DNA of 24,000 nucleotides from Streptomyces sp. 846.5. GTDB taxonomy: Bacteria > Actinomycetota > Actinomycetes > Streptomycetales > Streptomycetaceae. Both the position numbers and the translations under genes were made by a program. Of the stretch, positions 1-8,246 are shown piece after piece. The first letter of the stretch is position 1, and every line of letters begins with the position of its first letter. The notes beneath the pieces were generated by a model. The model was not told the DNA's origin, did not search any database, and saw nothing but the letters and a program-made list of their open reading frames with translations. The DNA is taken from the NCBI GenBank assembly GCA_004365705.1, contig SOBN01000001.1, positions 1,542,555 to 1,566,554 on the forward strand. The letters run 5' to 3'.

Positions 1-2
1 CC

Positions 3-977
3 CTGCGCTTCAACCAGATCGCCCCCGGCCTGGACCGCCGCGACCTCTCCGCCCGCTACCGGGCCACCGTGGAGATGTCCGTCTTCGCCGACGAGGCCGG
101 ATTCGACCTGGTCACCCTGGAGGAGCACCACGGCGCGGACAACGGCTGGAGCCCGTCGCCGATGCTCACCGCGGCCGCGGTGCTCGGCTCCACCCAGCGG
201 CTCGGCGTGATGCTCTGCGCCCTGATCACGCCCCTCCACGATCCACTGCGCCTCGCCGAGGACATCGCGGTCCTGGACCACCTCGGCGCCGGACGGATCA
301 CCGTGGTCGCCGGGATCGGCTACCGCCCCGAGGAGTACGCGATGCTGGGCCGGGAGTGGTCCGAGCGCGGCAGGCTCCAGGACGAGGTGCTGGAGACCCT
401 GCTGGCCGCCTGGACCGGCGAACCGTTCGAGTACCGGGGCCGGACCGTGCGGGTCACCCCGCCGCCGCGCACCACCCCGCACCCCGGGCTGATGGTCGGC
501 GGCTCCTCTCGGGTCGCGGTCCGCCGGGCGGTGCGCCTGGGGCTGCCGTTCTTCACCTCGGCCTTCCAGCCCGAACTGATCGAGTACTACGACGCCCTCG
601 CCGCCGAGGCGGGCTTCGAGGGCGGCTTCGCGACCCTGCCCCCGGAGCGCACGTCGATGATCCACTGCACCGAGGACCCCGACAAGGCCTGGGCCGAGTA
701 CGGCGAGTGCTTCCTGCACGAGGCCCGCACCTACGCCGGCTGGCAGACCTCCGACATCCACTCGGCCATGGCCTCCGCCTCGGCCACCCCCGAGCAGCTG
801 CGCGCCGAGGGCATCTACGCCTGCCTCACTCCCGAGGAGTGCCTGGCCCTGGCCGCCGCGGAGGGGCCGATGGGCAGCCTGCTGCTGCACCCGCTGTGCG
901 GCGGACTCCCGGTCGACGCCGGCTGGGAGAGCCTGCGGCTGTTCCGCGACCGGGTGATGCCCCACCTGGGGACCTGA
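3..977 (+). CDS. LLM-class (luciferase-like) flavin/F420-dependent oxidoreductase; 5-prime end probably outside the window
   Basis: The frame is open from nt 3 (LRFNQIAPGL...), so the M at 69 is probably internal. GC3 bias is strong. FADEAGFDLVTLEEHHG...ITPLHDPLRLAEDIAVLDHLGAGRITVVAGIGYRPEEY...MVGGSS fits the LLM TIM-barrel pattern. Stop TGA at 975-977. Confidence 0.8.
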   Translation: MRFNQIAPGLDRRDLSARYRATVEMSVFADEAGFDLVTLEEHHGADNGWSPSPMLTAAAVLGSTQRLGVMLCALITPLHDPLRLAEDIAVLDHLGAGRITVVAGIGYRPEEYAMLGREWSERGRLQDEVLETLLAAWTGEPFEYRGRTVRVTPPPRTTPHPGLMVGGSSRVAVRRAVRLGLPFFTSAFQPELIEYYDALAAEAGFEGGFATLPPERTSMIHCTEDPDKAWAEYGECFLHEARTYAGWQTSDIHSAMASASATPEQLRAEGIYACLTPEECLALAAAEGPMGSLLLHPLCGGLPVDAGWESLRLFRDRVMPHLGT

Positions 978-1000
978 CCGCGGACGCCCGACCCGCATGA

Positions 1001-1462
1001 CTACCGCAGCGCCGCCGCCAGCGCCACGGCGAGCTCGTCCATCCGGGTGGGCGGCACCCGCAGCTCCGGAGGGCTGTTGAGGAGGGCGAAGACGCCGGGG
1101 CCGCGGAGCTGCTGCGGCAGGTCGGCCGTGCGCGGGACGAGGTGGAAGTGGACATGGCCGAAGCCCTCGGCCTCCGCGAACTGGACCACATAGGTCTTGG
1201 CGCAGCCGGTGACGGCCGCCAGCGCCCGGGAGAGCCGGACCTGCCACAGGCCAAGCCCGGCGGCCTCCTCGTCGGTGAGCCCGGCGACGGTGGTGACATG
1301 GCGGCGTGGGAGCAGGACCAGCCAGCCCGGCAGCGCGGTGTTCATCGCATGCGCCACCCGCCAGTACCGGTCGGCGGCTATCCGCTCGCGCGGCGGGAGG
1401 TCGTCGTAGGCCCCGTCCATCCCGCAGCTGTAGCAGCCCTGGGCGTGCTGGTTCTCCGTCAC
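1001..1462 (-). CDS. HIT (histidine triad) family protein
   Basis: Histidine-triad motif GHVHFHLVPR. The GTG at 1462 lies 7 nt after the MFS stop (1470-1472), suggesting one operon. The extra N-terminus of the 201-aa track ORF is Arg/Ser/Pro-rich frame shadow over the MFS 3-prime end. An internal ATG (MDGAYDD) is an alternative start. Confidence 0.75.
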   Translation of the reverse strand: MTENQHAQGCYSCGMDGAYDDLPPRERIAADRYWRVAHAMNTALPGWLVLLPRRHVTTVAGLTDEEAAGLGLWQVRLSRALAAVTGCAKTYVVQFAEAEGFGHVHFHLVPRTADLPQQLRGPGVFALLNSPPELRVPPTRMDELAVALAAALR

Positions 1463-1469
1463 GGCCCCA

Positions 1470-2948
1470 TCATGCCGGGTGCGACTCCGGCCCCGGTTCC
1501 GGTACCGGCTCCGATTCCGTCCGCTCCGGCGGCCGGGGCGGGATGGCCGTCCAGGAGAGCAGCCCCGCTGCGGCCAGCAGCCCCGCGCAGCCGACGACCG
1601 CCGCACGGAAGGCGTGGTCGACCGCGTGGGCGGACCGGTACTGCTCGCCGCTGAGGCCGACCAGCGCCGGGAGCGCGGCGACCGCGAGCAGGCTGCCGGT
1701 GCGGGCGGCGGCGTTGTTGACGCCGCTGGCGATGCCGGCCCGACGGGTCTCCACCGCGTTGAGGACGGTCTCCGTCAGCGGGGCGACCAGCAGCGTCATC
1801 CCGGCGCCCAGCGCGACCGAGGCCGGCAGCACATCGGTCAGGTAGGAGGCGTGCGCGCCGATCCGCAGCATCAGCAGCGCGCCCGTACCCGCCAGCAACG
1901 GGCCGAGGCTGAGCGGGACGCGCGCGCCCACCCGCTCGCCCAGCTTCGCCGCCGTCGGCGAGAACAGCAGCATCAGCAGGGTCAGCGGAAGGGTGCCGAG
2001 CCCGGCCAGCAGCGGCGAGAACCCTGCGGTGATCTGCAGCTGCAGCACCAGGAAGAACAGCAGCCCGCCCAGCGCCCCGTAGATCAGCACCGTGACGATG
2101 TTCACCACGGTGAACAGCCGGGAGGCGAACAGTTCCAGCGGCAGCATCGGCGCCACCGTCCGCCGCTCGGTCCGGACGAACAGTGTGCCCGCCACCACCG
2201 CCAGCGCCCCCGCCACGCCCGCCCCGAGCGGGTCGCCCCCGGCGATGGTGAGCGCCGCCGTGAGCGCGCCGAGCGCCAGCGCCGCCAGCACCGCGCCGCG
2301 CAGGTCGAACCGGCCGGTCGCGCTGTCGTCCCGGTTCTCCGGGACATGCCGCAGGGCCGTCACCACCACGGCCGCCGCCAGCGGCAGATTGATCAGGAAC
2401 ACCCAGCGCCAGCCCGGACCGCCGACCAGCCAGCCGCCCAGGACGGGGCCGGCCGCACCCGCGACGCCGCCGAGACCGGACCACAGGCCCACCGCCGCGG
2501 CCCGGTCGTCCGGGTGGAACACCGCCTGGATCAGCGCCAGCGAACCGGGTGTCAGCAGCGCGCCGCCGACGCCCTGCAGGGCCCGCGCGGCGATCAGCAC
2601 CTGCACGTCGGGCGCAAGACCGCACGCCGCCGAGCAGACCGCGAACCAGACCACCCCGACCACGAACACCCGGCGGCGGCCGTAGCGGTCGCCGAGCGCA
2701 CCGCCCAGCAGGATCAGCCCGGCCAGGGTCAGCAGATAGGCGTTGACGACCCATTGCAGCGCGCCGATGGAGGCATGCAGGGTGGCGCCGATATGGGGCA
2801 GGGCGACATTGATCGCGGTGCCGTCCAGCATCGCCATCGCCGAGCCGAGGACGGTCGCGAGCAGCACCCAGCGCCCGGCCGTCCCGGACAGCCGGACCCC
2901 GCCCGCCGCGACGTCACTGCTGATCACTGGCTCATCACCTGCCTTCAC
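1470..2948 (-). CDS. MFS transporter, DHA2 (EmrB/QacA-like, 14-TMS) drug:H+ antiporter family
   Basis: 492 aa and highly hydrophobic, with many predicted TM segments. N-terminal LGSAMAMLDGTAINVALP and GALGDRYGRRRVF motifs are typical of DHA2 exporters. GTG start at 2948. Confidence 0.85.
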   Translation of the reverse strand: MKAGDEPVISSDVAAGGVRLSGTAGRWVLLATVLGSAMAMLDGTAINVALPHIGATLHASIGALQWVVNAYLLTLAGLILLGGALGDRYGRRRVFVVGVVWFAVCSAACGLAPDVQVLIAARALQGVGGALLTPGSLALIQAVFHPDDRAAAVGLWSGLGGVAGAAGPVLGGWLVGGPGWRWVFLINLPLAAAVVVTALRHVPENRDDSATGRFDLRGAVLAALALGALTAALTIAGGDPLGAGVAGALAVVAGTLFVRTERRTVAPMLPLELFASRLFTVVNIVTVLIYGALGGLLFFLVLQLQITAGFSPLLAGLGTLPLTLLMLLFSPTAAKLGERVGARVPLSLGPLLAGTGALLMLRIGAHASYLTDVLPASVALGAGMTLLVAPLTETVLNAVETRRAGIASGVNNAAARTGSLLAVAALPALVGLSGEQYRSAHAVDHAFRAAVVGCAGLLAAAGLLSWTAIPPRPPERTESEPVPEPGPESHPA

Positions 2949-3066
2949 CTGCCCATCGTGGGAGAGTGCGGTGTGCCGACGAGAGGACAGTGACCGTGAC
3001 CACTGATCAGGTACGTTACAGCGCAGCCCGGCCGGTGGCGGCCCGGCGTCACGGGAGGGCCGTCCG

Positions 3067-3651
3067 ATGATCAGTCATGACCTGTGGGTCGTCCAGGTTC
3101 CGATCCTGGAGAAGATCCTTCGCACCGTCCTGGTGTACGCGCTGGTGCTGCTGCTGTTCCGGGTCGCCGGCAAGCGCGGGCTGGCGACGCTCAACACCTT
3201 CGACTTCGTGGTGATGTTCCTGCTGTCGAACGTGGTCCAGAACGCCATCATCGGCGCGGACAACAGCCTGCTCGGCGGGGTGATCGGGGCGGTAACCCTG
3301 GTCGCCGTCAACGCCGCGATCAACCGCTGGGTGGCCTTGGACGAACGGGCCGAGCGGCTGCTGGAGGGCACCGCTACCACCGTCATCAGCGACGGCGCCT
3401 TCGTGCCCGACGCGCTGCGGCGGCTGGCCCTGCGCACCAGCGAGATCGAGCACGCGGTGCGGGTGCAGAACGGCGACAGCGTCGAGGAGGTCGCCGACGC
3501 GCGGCTGGAGCCGGGCGGCCAGCTGATCGTCACCCTCAAGGAGGCGGACCAGACCGCGACGCACAGCGACATCGAGGCCATCCAGACCCGGCTGGCGGCG
3601 ATCGAGGAACTGCTCGCCACCCTGGCCGCCCAGGGCGGCAAACACCTCTGA
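3067..3651 (+). CDS. DUF421 (YetF-like) membrane protein
   Basis: N-terminal TM helices (ILRTVLVYALVLLLFRVAGKRGLATLNTFDFVVMFLLSNVVQNAI) followed by a soluble C-terminal domain, as in the YetF/DUF421 family. RBS GGGAGGG lies upstream of ATG 3067. Confidence 0.75.
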   Translation: MISHDLWVVQVPILEKILRTVLVYALVLLLFRVAGKRGLATLNTFDFVVMFLLSNVVQNAIIGADNSLLGGVIGAVTLVAVNAAINRWVALDERAERLLEGTATTVISDGAFVPDALRRLALRTSEIEHAVRVQNGDSVEEVADARLEPGGQLIVTLKEADQTATHSDIEAIQTRLAAIEELLATLAAQGGKHL

Positions 3652-3847
3652 CGTGAGCTCAACCCTACGATTTTCAGCCGTTTATTCGCCACGGCTGACT
3701 GAATCCGCCCCACTGGCCCCACCCCTAACAGGCCCTTAATTCGCAGCTCAGTCCTGCTATGTGCGGACCGCACTGTTCCGCTTGCCCGCAATTGCCCGCC
3801 CAGGCGGCCCTCCGCCGCCTCCGGGAGTGCGGACAGGCTGCGTGGTT

Positions 3848-4696
3848 ATGCTCTGCCCGGCCTTGATCACCCATCAGGACGAAGGACGGCAGACGCCCGT
3901 GCAGGACACCGCAACGATCGGCGCCGAACGGCTCATGCCGGGTGTGATCTCGTACCAGACCCCGCGCGTCGCCGACGACTACTGCCGCTGGGACGACTCC
4001 GGCAGCTGGCTGCTCGGCTACCCGTTCCTCCCGCTGGCGCTGGGCCTCGACGACCTGCCCGGCGCGCACCTGGTGGACCTGGGCTGCGGCCCCGGCGACC
4101 TCACCTGCTGGATCGCCGACCGCTACCCGATCCGGACCACCGCCGTCGACGCCTCGGCGGCCATGCTCGACCTGGCCCGCTCCCAGCACCCGCACCCGGC
4201 GGTGGACTACCGGCTCAGTCTCGACAACGGGATGCCGTTCCTCGACGACGGCTGCGCCGACGCGGCGATGGCCTCCTTCCTCTTCACCTGCATCGACGAC
4301 CGGAAACTGATGCAGCTCCTGGTCGACGAGGTGGCCCGGGTGCTGCGCCCCGGCGGGCGCTTCACCATCCTGATGCCCAACCCGGACCAGGTCCACGACG
4401 CCGCCTTCGAGGGCTTCCACCGCGGCGAACCCGGCGCCCGCTACCGCTCCGGCGACACCCTGCCGGTCCGGCTCCGCCGCGAGGACGGCAGCTGGGCCAC
4501 CATCACCAACACCTACTGGCCCCGGGAGACGTTCCAGGAGGTGCTGGCCGAGGCTGGGTTCACCGGACCGACCGCCGAGCTGACCCCGCTGCTCGCCGAC
4601 GCGTACGGCGTCGCCGACCCCGCCCTGATCGCCTCCCGCCCCTGGACGGCCGAGCGCGAGCGTCCCCCGTTCATCCTGATCACCGCCACCCGCTGA
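3848..4696 (+). CDS. Class I SAM-dependent methyltransferase
   Basis: Motif I VDLGCGPGDL, then VDASAAMLDLAR, then LRPGGRFTILMPNP. GC3 bias is clear from about ATG 3848. Starts at 3761, 3899 (GTG) or 3935 cannot be excluded. Confidence 0.75.
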   Translation: MLCPALITHQDEGRQTPVQDTATIGAERLMPGVISYQTPRVADDYCRWDDSGSWLLGYPFLPLALGLDDLPGAHLVDLGCGPGDLTCWIADRYPIRTTAVDASAAMLDLARSQHPHPAVDYRLSLDNGMPFLDDGCADAAMASFLFTCIDDRKLMQLLVDEVARVLRPGGRFTILMPNPDQVHDAAFEGFHRGEPGARYRSGDTLPVRLRREDGSWATITNTYWPRETFQEVLAEAGFTGPTAELTPLLADAYGVADPALIASRPWTAERERPPFILITATR

Positions 4697-4721
4697 GTCT
4701 CCCGATGGCACAATCGCCGTC

Positions 4722-5579
4722 ATGGGGACAGAAGATCAGCCGGAACAGGCGGACGAGTGGGAGAACCACCTGCTCGACCTGGACGCCTATCTGAAGCGCA
4801 TCGGCCACACCGGCGGCGTCGCGCCGGACGCCGCCACCCTCACCGCCCTGCACCGCGCGCATGTGGCGACGATCCCGTTCGAGAACCTGGCGCTGATGCT
4901 GGACCGCCCGGTCCGCACCGACCTCGGCAGCGTCCAGGACAAGTTGGTGCACCAGGGCCGCGGCGGCTACTGCTACGAGCAGAACACCCTGTTCGGCGCG
5001 GTGCTGCAGCGCCTGGGGTTCCGGCTGGACCGGCTGCTGGCCCGGGTCGGCTCGGACCAGGAGCCGCTGCGCCCGCGCACCCACATGGTGTTCTCGGTGG
5101 AGGTCGACGGCCGCCGGCTGCTCGCCGACACCGGCTTCGGCAACGGCCTGCTTGAGCCGATCCCGCTGGACCCGGACGGCCCGCAGCAGCAGGGCGTGTG
5201 GACCTACCGGACACTGGGACCCGATGCGACCGGGGTCCGCCGCTTCCAGGAACTCACCGCGGGCGAGTGGCAGACCCGCTACCGCTTCACCGACGAGCCG
5301 CAGCACGCGGTGGACGTGGCGATGTCCAACCACTACACCGCCACCTGGCCCACCTCCCCGTTCCGCGAGCGGCCGATCGTGATCCGCCGCGAGTCCGGCG
5401 GCACCCGTGAGCTCATCGGCCGCCAGTTCTCGCTGCTGGTGCCGGGCCGGGCCACCGAGAGCGTGGAGCTGTCGGACACCGAGTTCATCAGCACCCTGCA
5501 CGACACCTTCGGGCTGGAGTTCACCCGGGAGGAGCAGGCCGTCCTCAGAGCTCGACCGACACCGCCCCGGCCTCGGTGA
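4722..5579 (+). CDS. nat: Arylamine N-acetyltransferase (NAT)
   Basis: IPFENL, catalytic Cys context RGGYCYEQN, His in RTHMVFSV and Asp in LADTGFGNG give the NAT Cys-His-Asp triad layout. The gene starts 25 nt after the methyltransferase stop. Confidence 0.85.
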   Translation: MGTEDQPEQADEWENHLLDLDAYLKRIGHTGGVAPDAATLTALHRAHVATIPFENLALMLDRPVRTDLGSVQDKLVHQGRGGYCYEQNTLFGAVLQRLGFRLDRLLARVGSDQEPLRPRTHMVFSVEVDGRRLLADTGFGNGLLEPIPLDPDGPQQQGVWTYRTLGPDATGVRRFQELTAGEWQTRYRFTDEPQHAVDVAMSNHYTATWPTSPFRERPIVIRRESGGTRELIGRQFSLLVPGRATESVELSDTEFISTLHDTFGLEFTREEQAVLRARPTPPRPR

Positions 5580-6786
5580 TCCTGCGCACCGCCACTACAT
5601 CCGCCCCGGCCACGGCGACCAGCACGACCGCTGCGGCCATGAACACCGCCAGCGGCGGCAGCACCGCGCCCAGGGGGACGAGCAGGGCCAGTGCCAGCAG
5701 ACCGACATGGCGCGCCCGGTTGAAGTAGCCGAACATGATCCGCTTCAGCAGCAGGTGCCCGGCCAGGAACAGCGCCGGGCCTGCGATCAGCACGAACGCC
5801 GTGGTGAATCCGGCCGCGTGGGCGCCGGCGTGGCTGATGACGATCTCGTCCCCGACGGCTGTGACGATGACGCCCGCCACGATCGGCAGATGGACATAGG
5901 TGATCCGCAGCCCCATCCGACCGGTGTCGGCGGTGGTCTCGACGACGGAGTCCACCGCTCTGCCCGCCAGGGCGAAGTAGATCCACCACATCGTCACCGC
6001 GATCGCGAAGGCCGTGACGAAGGCCGCCGTGCGCCCCGCGTCGAACCGGGCGCTGCCGAAGGTCTGCCCGCTGACCAGGATCGACTCCCCCAGCGCGATG
6101 ATGACGAACAGTCGGCACCGCTCGACGAAGTGCTCCCCCGAGATGTTCCAGGCCGTGGTGCTGGACCGCCCCAGCCCGGGCACCGGGAAGCCGATCGCGG
6201 CCGCCAGGTACTCGACCAGCGCCGCGACCGCCCACAGCCCGGCCCGCGCGGCCGGTCCGTGCGCCACCAGCGCGCCGGCCAGCCAGAACACCGTGCTGAG
6301 GCCGAACCACACCATCGCCCTGGTGTACTCGCGGGAGAGCTGCTGACCGCGCAGCGCCACCGCCGCGAAGAGGTGCCGGCCGAGCTGGATGGCCAGGTAG
6401 GCGAGCACGAAGACCAGCCCGCGTCCGCCGAACGCCTGCGGCAGCGCCGCCGACATCACCAGGCCCGCCAGCATGATGCCGACGATGGCCAGCCGCACCG
6501 CGAGCTGGTCCGGGTCGAACCAGTTGGTGAACCAGGCGGTGAAGTTCCACGCCCACCACACGGCCGTCAGCAGCACCAGGGTCTCCGCCGCCCCGGCCCA
6601 GTCGAGATGGGCGAGCAGCAGGTGGGACAGCTGAGTGACGGCGAAGACGTACACCAGGTCGAAGAAGAGCTCCAGGAAGGTGACCCGCTGCGCGGCAGCG
6701 CGATCCCGCAGCAGCGCGGTCCCCGGTTCGGCGGCCCCCGGTTCGGCGGCCTCGCCGGGGATCGGTTGTGAGGTCGGTATCGCCAC
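5545..6786 (-). CDS. ltrA: Low-temperature-requirement protein A (LtrA) family membrane protein
   Basis: N-terminal signature VTFLELFFDLVYVFAVTQLSHLL followed by about 10 hydrophobic segments. GTG start at 6786. The 3-prime end overlaps the convergent NAT gene by 35 nt. Confidence 0.8.
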   Translation of the reverse strand: MAIPTSQPIPGEAAEPGAAEPGTALLRDRAAAQRVTFLELFFDLVYVFAVTQLSHLLLAHLDWAGAAETLVLLTAVWWAWNFTAWFTNWFDPDQLAVRLAIVGIMLAGLVMSAALPQAFGGRGLVFVLAYLAIQLGRHLFAAVALRGQQLSREYTRAMVWFGLSTVFWLAGALVAHGPAARAGLWAVAALVEYLAAAIGFPVPGLGRSSTTAWNISGEHFVERCRLFVIIALGESILVSGQTFGSARFDAGRTAAFVTAFAIAVTMWWIYFALAGRAVDSVVETTADTGRMGLRITYVHLPIVAGVIVTAVGDEIVISHAGAHAAGFTTAFVLIAGPALFLAGHLLLKRIMFGYFNRARHVGLLALALLVPLGAVLPPLAVFMAAAVVLVAVAGADVVAVRRITEAGAVSVEL

Positions 6787-6830
6787 TAGCGCACCCTATC
6801 CCGGGCCTGGCTACTCCCTCAGCCCCGACG

Positions 6831-6856
6831 CACCGTCCCGTCTCACCGTCCCGTCT
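6831..6856. repeat. Perfect 13-nt tandem duplication CACCGTCCCGTCT x2 at the 3-prime end of the antiporter gene
   Basis: Read directly: caccgtcccgtct (6831-6843) is followed immediately by caccgtcccgtct (6844-6856). The antiporter stop codon (plus-strand tca, 6843-6845) spans the junction of the two copies. Confidence 0.95.
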
Positions 6857-8030
6857 CAGTGCCGCGCGGCTGTGCGGCTGGATCCGCACCCGCCGCCCTT
6901 CCACCCGCCGCCGCCCTCGCGGCGACCGCTCCCGCGGCCGTCGCCGCTGCGATGGTCAGCAGCGCGCCGAGCATCAGCGCCGACGGTTCCCCCGGCGCCA
7001 GCAGGTGCAGCTGCGTGCCCAGCGCGGCCGCCGCCACCGGCACGCCCAGCTGCGCGGCGGCGAGCACGCCCAGCGCGATCGGCTGGCCGCTCACCCGCAT
7101 CACCGCGTGCACCGCGACGGCGCCCGCTCCCAGCCCCACCCCGAGCAGCACGAACGAGGGGTGCCGTCCCAGCTCACGCAGATCCAGCGAGGCCCCCAGC
7201 CAGAGGAAGAACAGCGGTCCGAAAAAGCCCTCGGTCAGTGCGAACAGCTGCTTCGCCAGCCGTCTCGGCTCCCCGACCGCCGCCACGACCAGCCCGAAGG
7301 AGAAGCCGGCCAGCATGATGGAGACATGCGTCCGGACCGCGAGCGCGGCCATCGCGAACAGGATCATCAGGCTGATCCGCAACTCCAGCGCGAACTGCCG
7401 CTCCTGCGACAGCCGGTGCAGCTTCCGCCGGTAGCCGCCCTGTTCGAGGCGGCGCAGCACCGGGAACAGCACCCCCGCGCAGCCCAGCACCGCCAGCGCC
7501 CCCAGCGCCGCCCTGGCGGCATGACCTGGGTCGATCACCAACGGCAGAGCCACGATGCAGAGCGTGTCCGCGACCGCCACCTGCGGCAGCAGCCCCAGCA
7601 CCTGCGGGCCGCCGAGCCCCAGCGCGTCCACGATCGGCAGCACCAGCGCGGCGGACGAGGAGGCCATCAGCACCGCGTACAGCGCCGCGTGCCCGGTGCC
7701 GAAGCCGTGGGCGACCGCCAATGCAGGCCCGACGGCGACGGCGCCGACTGCCAGAGCCCGCAGGGTCCCGGTGCGCAGACCGGCCCGCAGGCTCGGGTCG
7801 CGCAACGGGACATGCGCCCCCGCGACGAACATCACCAGCGCGAAGCCGATGTCGGCGAGAAAGCCGAAGGTGGCGTTGCCCGCGTGCAGGAACCCGACGA
7901 CGGTGGGCCCGAGCACCACCCCGGCGACCAGCTCCCCCACCACCACCGGCAGGTGCCACTGCCGAGGGAGCGCCAGCAGCGGGCCGAGCAGCCCCGCCAG
8001 CGCGATCACCGCCAGCGTCGAGAACCCCAT
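6843..8030 (-). CDS. Cation:proton antiporter (Na+/H+ exchanger family, CPA)
   Basis: MGFSTLAVIALAGLLGPLLALPRQWHLPVVVGELVAGVVLGP is a typical CPA N-terminus, and the protein is polytopic. ATG 8030 is preceded by AGGGAGG 10 nt upstream. The 86 extra residues of the track ORF overlap the trpS leader region and look like frame shadow. Confidence 0.8.
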   Translation of the reverse strand: MGFSTLAVIALAGLLGPLLALPRQWHLPVVVGELVAGVVLGPTVVGFLHAGNATFGFLADIGFALVMFVAGAHVPLRDPSLRAGLRTGTLRALAVGAVAVGPALAVAHGFGTGHAALYAVLMASSSAALVLPIVDALGLGGPQVLGLLPQVAVADTLCIVALPLVIDPGHAARAALGALAVLGCAGVLFPVLRRLEQGGYRRKLHRLSQERQFALELRISLMILFAMAALAVRTHVSIMLAGFSFGLVVAAVGEPRRLAKQLFALTEGFFGPLFFLWLGASLDLRELGRHPSFVLLGVGLGAGAVAVHAVMRVSGQPIALGVLAAAQLGVPVAAAALGTQLHLLAPGEPSALMLGALLTIAAATAAGAVAARAAAGGRAAGADPAAQPRGTETGR

Positions 8031-8103
8031 GGACCGGCCGCCTCCCTGGTGTCGACGCTGACGAGCGAACGAGTGGACGACCAGTGTCGCGCAAGGAAGA
8101 CAG

Positions 8104-8132
8104 CTGACCCCGCAGCCACGACCCGGTAGAAT
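8104..8132 (+). promoter_or_regulatory. Putative sigma70/HrdB-type promoter of the trpS leader
   Basis: CTGACC (8104-8109), a 17-nt spacer, then TAGAAT (8127-8132). The predicted transcription start falls at about the A of ATG 8139, so the leader ORF would be leaderless. Confidence 0.45.
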
Positions 8133-8138
8133 GCCGCT

Positions 8139-8186
8139 ATGCATCGTCCGTCGTCCTGTCGCCTGAGCTGGTGGCGCTCCTCCTAG
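8139..8186 (+). promoter_or_regulatory. Trp-rich leader peptide ORF (MHRPSSCRLSWWRSS*) of a trpS attenuator
   Basis: ATG CAT CGT CCG TCG TCC TGT CGC CTG AGC TGG TGG CGC TCC TCC TAG. Tandem TGG codons sit at 8169-8174. The stop codon lies inside the hairpin CGCTCC-tccta-GGAGCG (8175-8191). Confidence 0.6.
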
Positions 8187-8217
8187 GAGCGGCCACTTCC
8201 CACGCACGCACGACGAG

Positions 8218-8246
8218 AAGGGCCGTTCGCGAGGACGGCCCTTTCG
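8218..8246 (+). terminator. Candidate attenuator (intrinsic terminator-like hairpin) upstream of trpS
   Basis: Perfect 9-bp stem AAGGGCCGT (8218-8226) / ACGGCCCTT (8235-8243) with an 8-nt loop, followed by T then CGC, so the T tract is short. It lies between the leader ORF and the trpS RBS. Confidence 0.5.

Noticed and set aside
2989-3010. GTGACC GTGACC tandem hexamer and the CTGATCAG palindrome between the divergent MFS and DUF421 genes.
   Set aside because: These elements are short, there is no cognate regulator gene nearby, and such 6-8 bp symmetry is common. It is not enough to call an operator.
3674-3698. Hairpin TCAGCCG-tttattcgcca-CGGCTGA after the DUF421 stop, considered as an intrinsic terminator.
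   Set aside because: The stem is only 7 bp with an 11-nt loop and there is no T tract afterwards (ctgaatcc). That is too weak to call a terminator.
3782-3799. Short direct repeat TTGCCCGC x2 (period 10) upstream of the methyltransferase.
   Set aside because: An 8-mer repeat in GC-rich DNA is easily due to chance, and it has no associated regulator or palindromic character.
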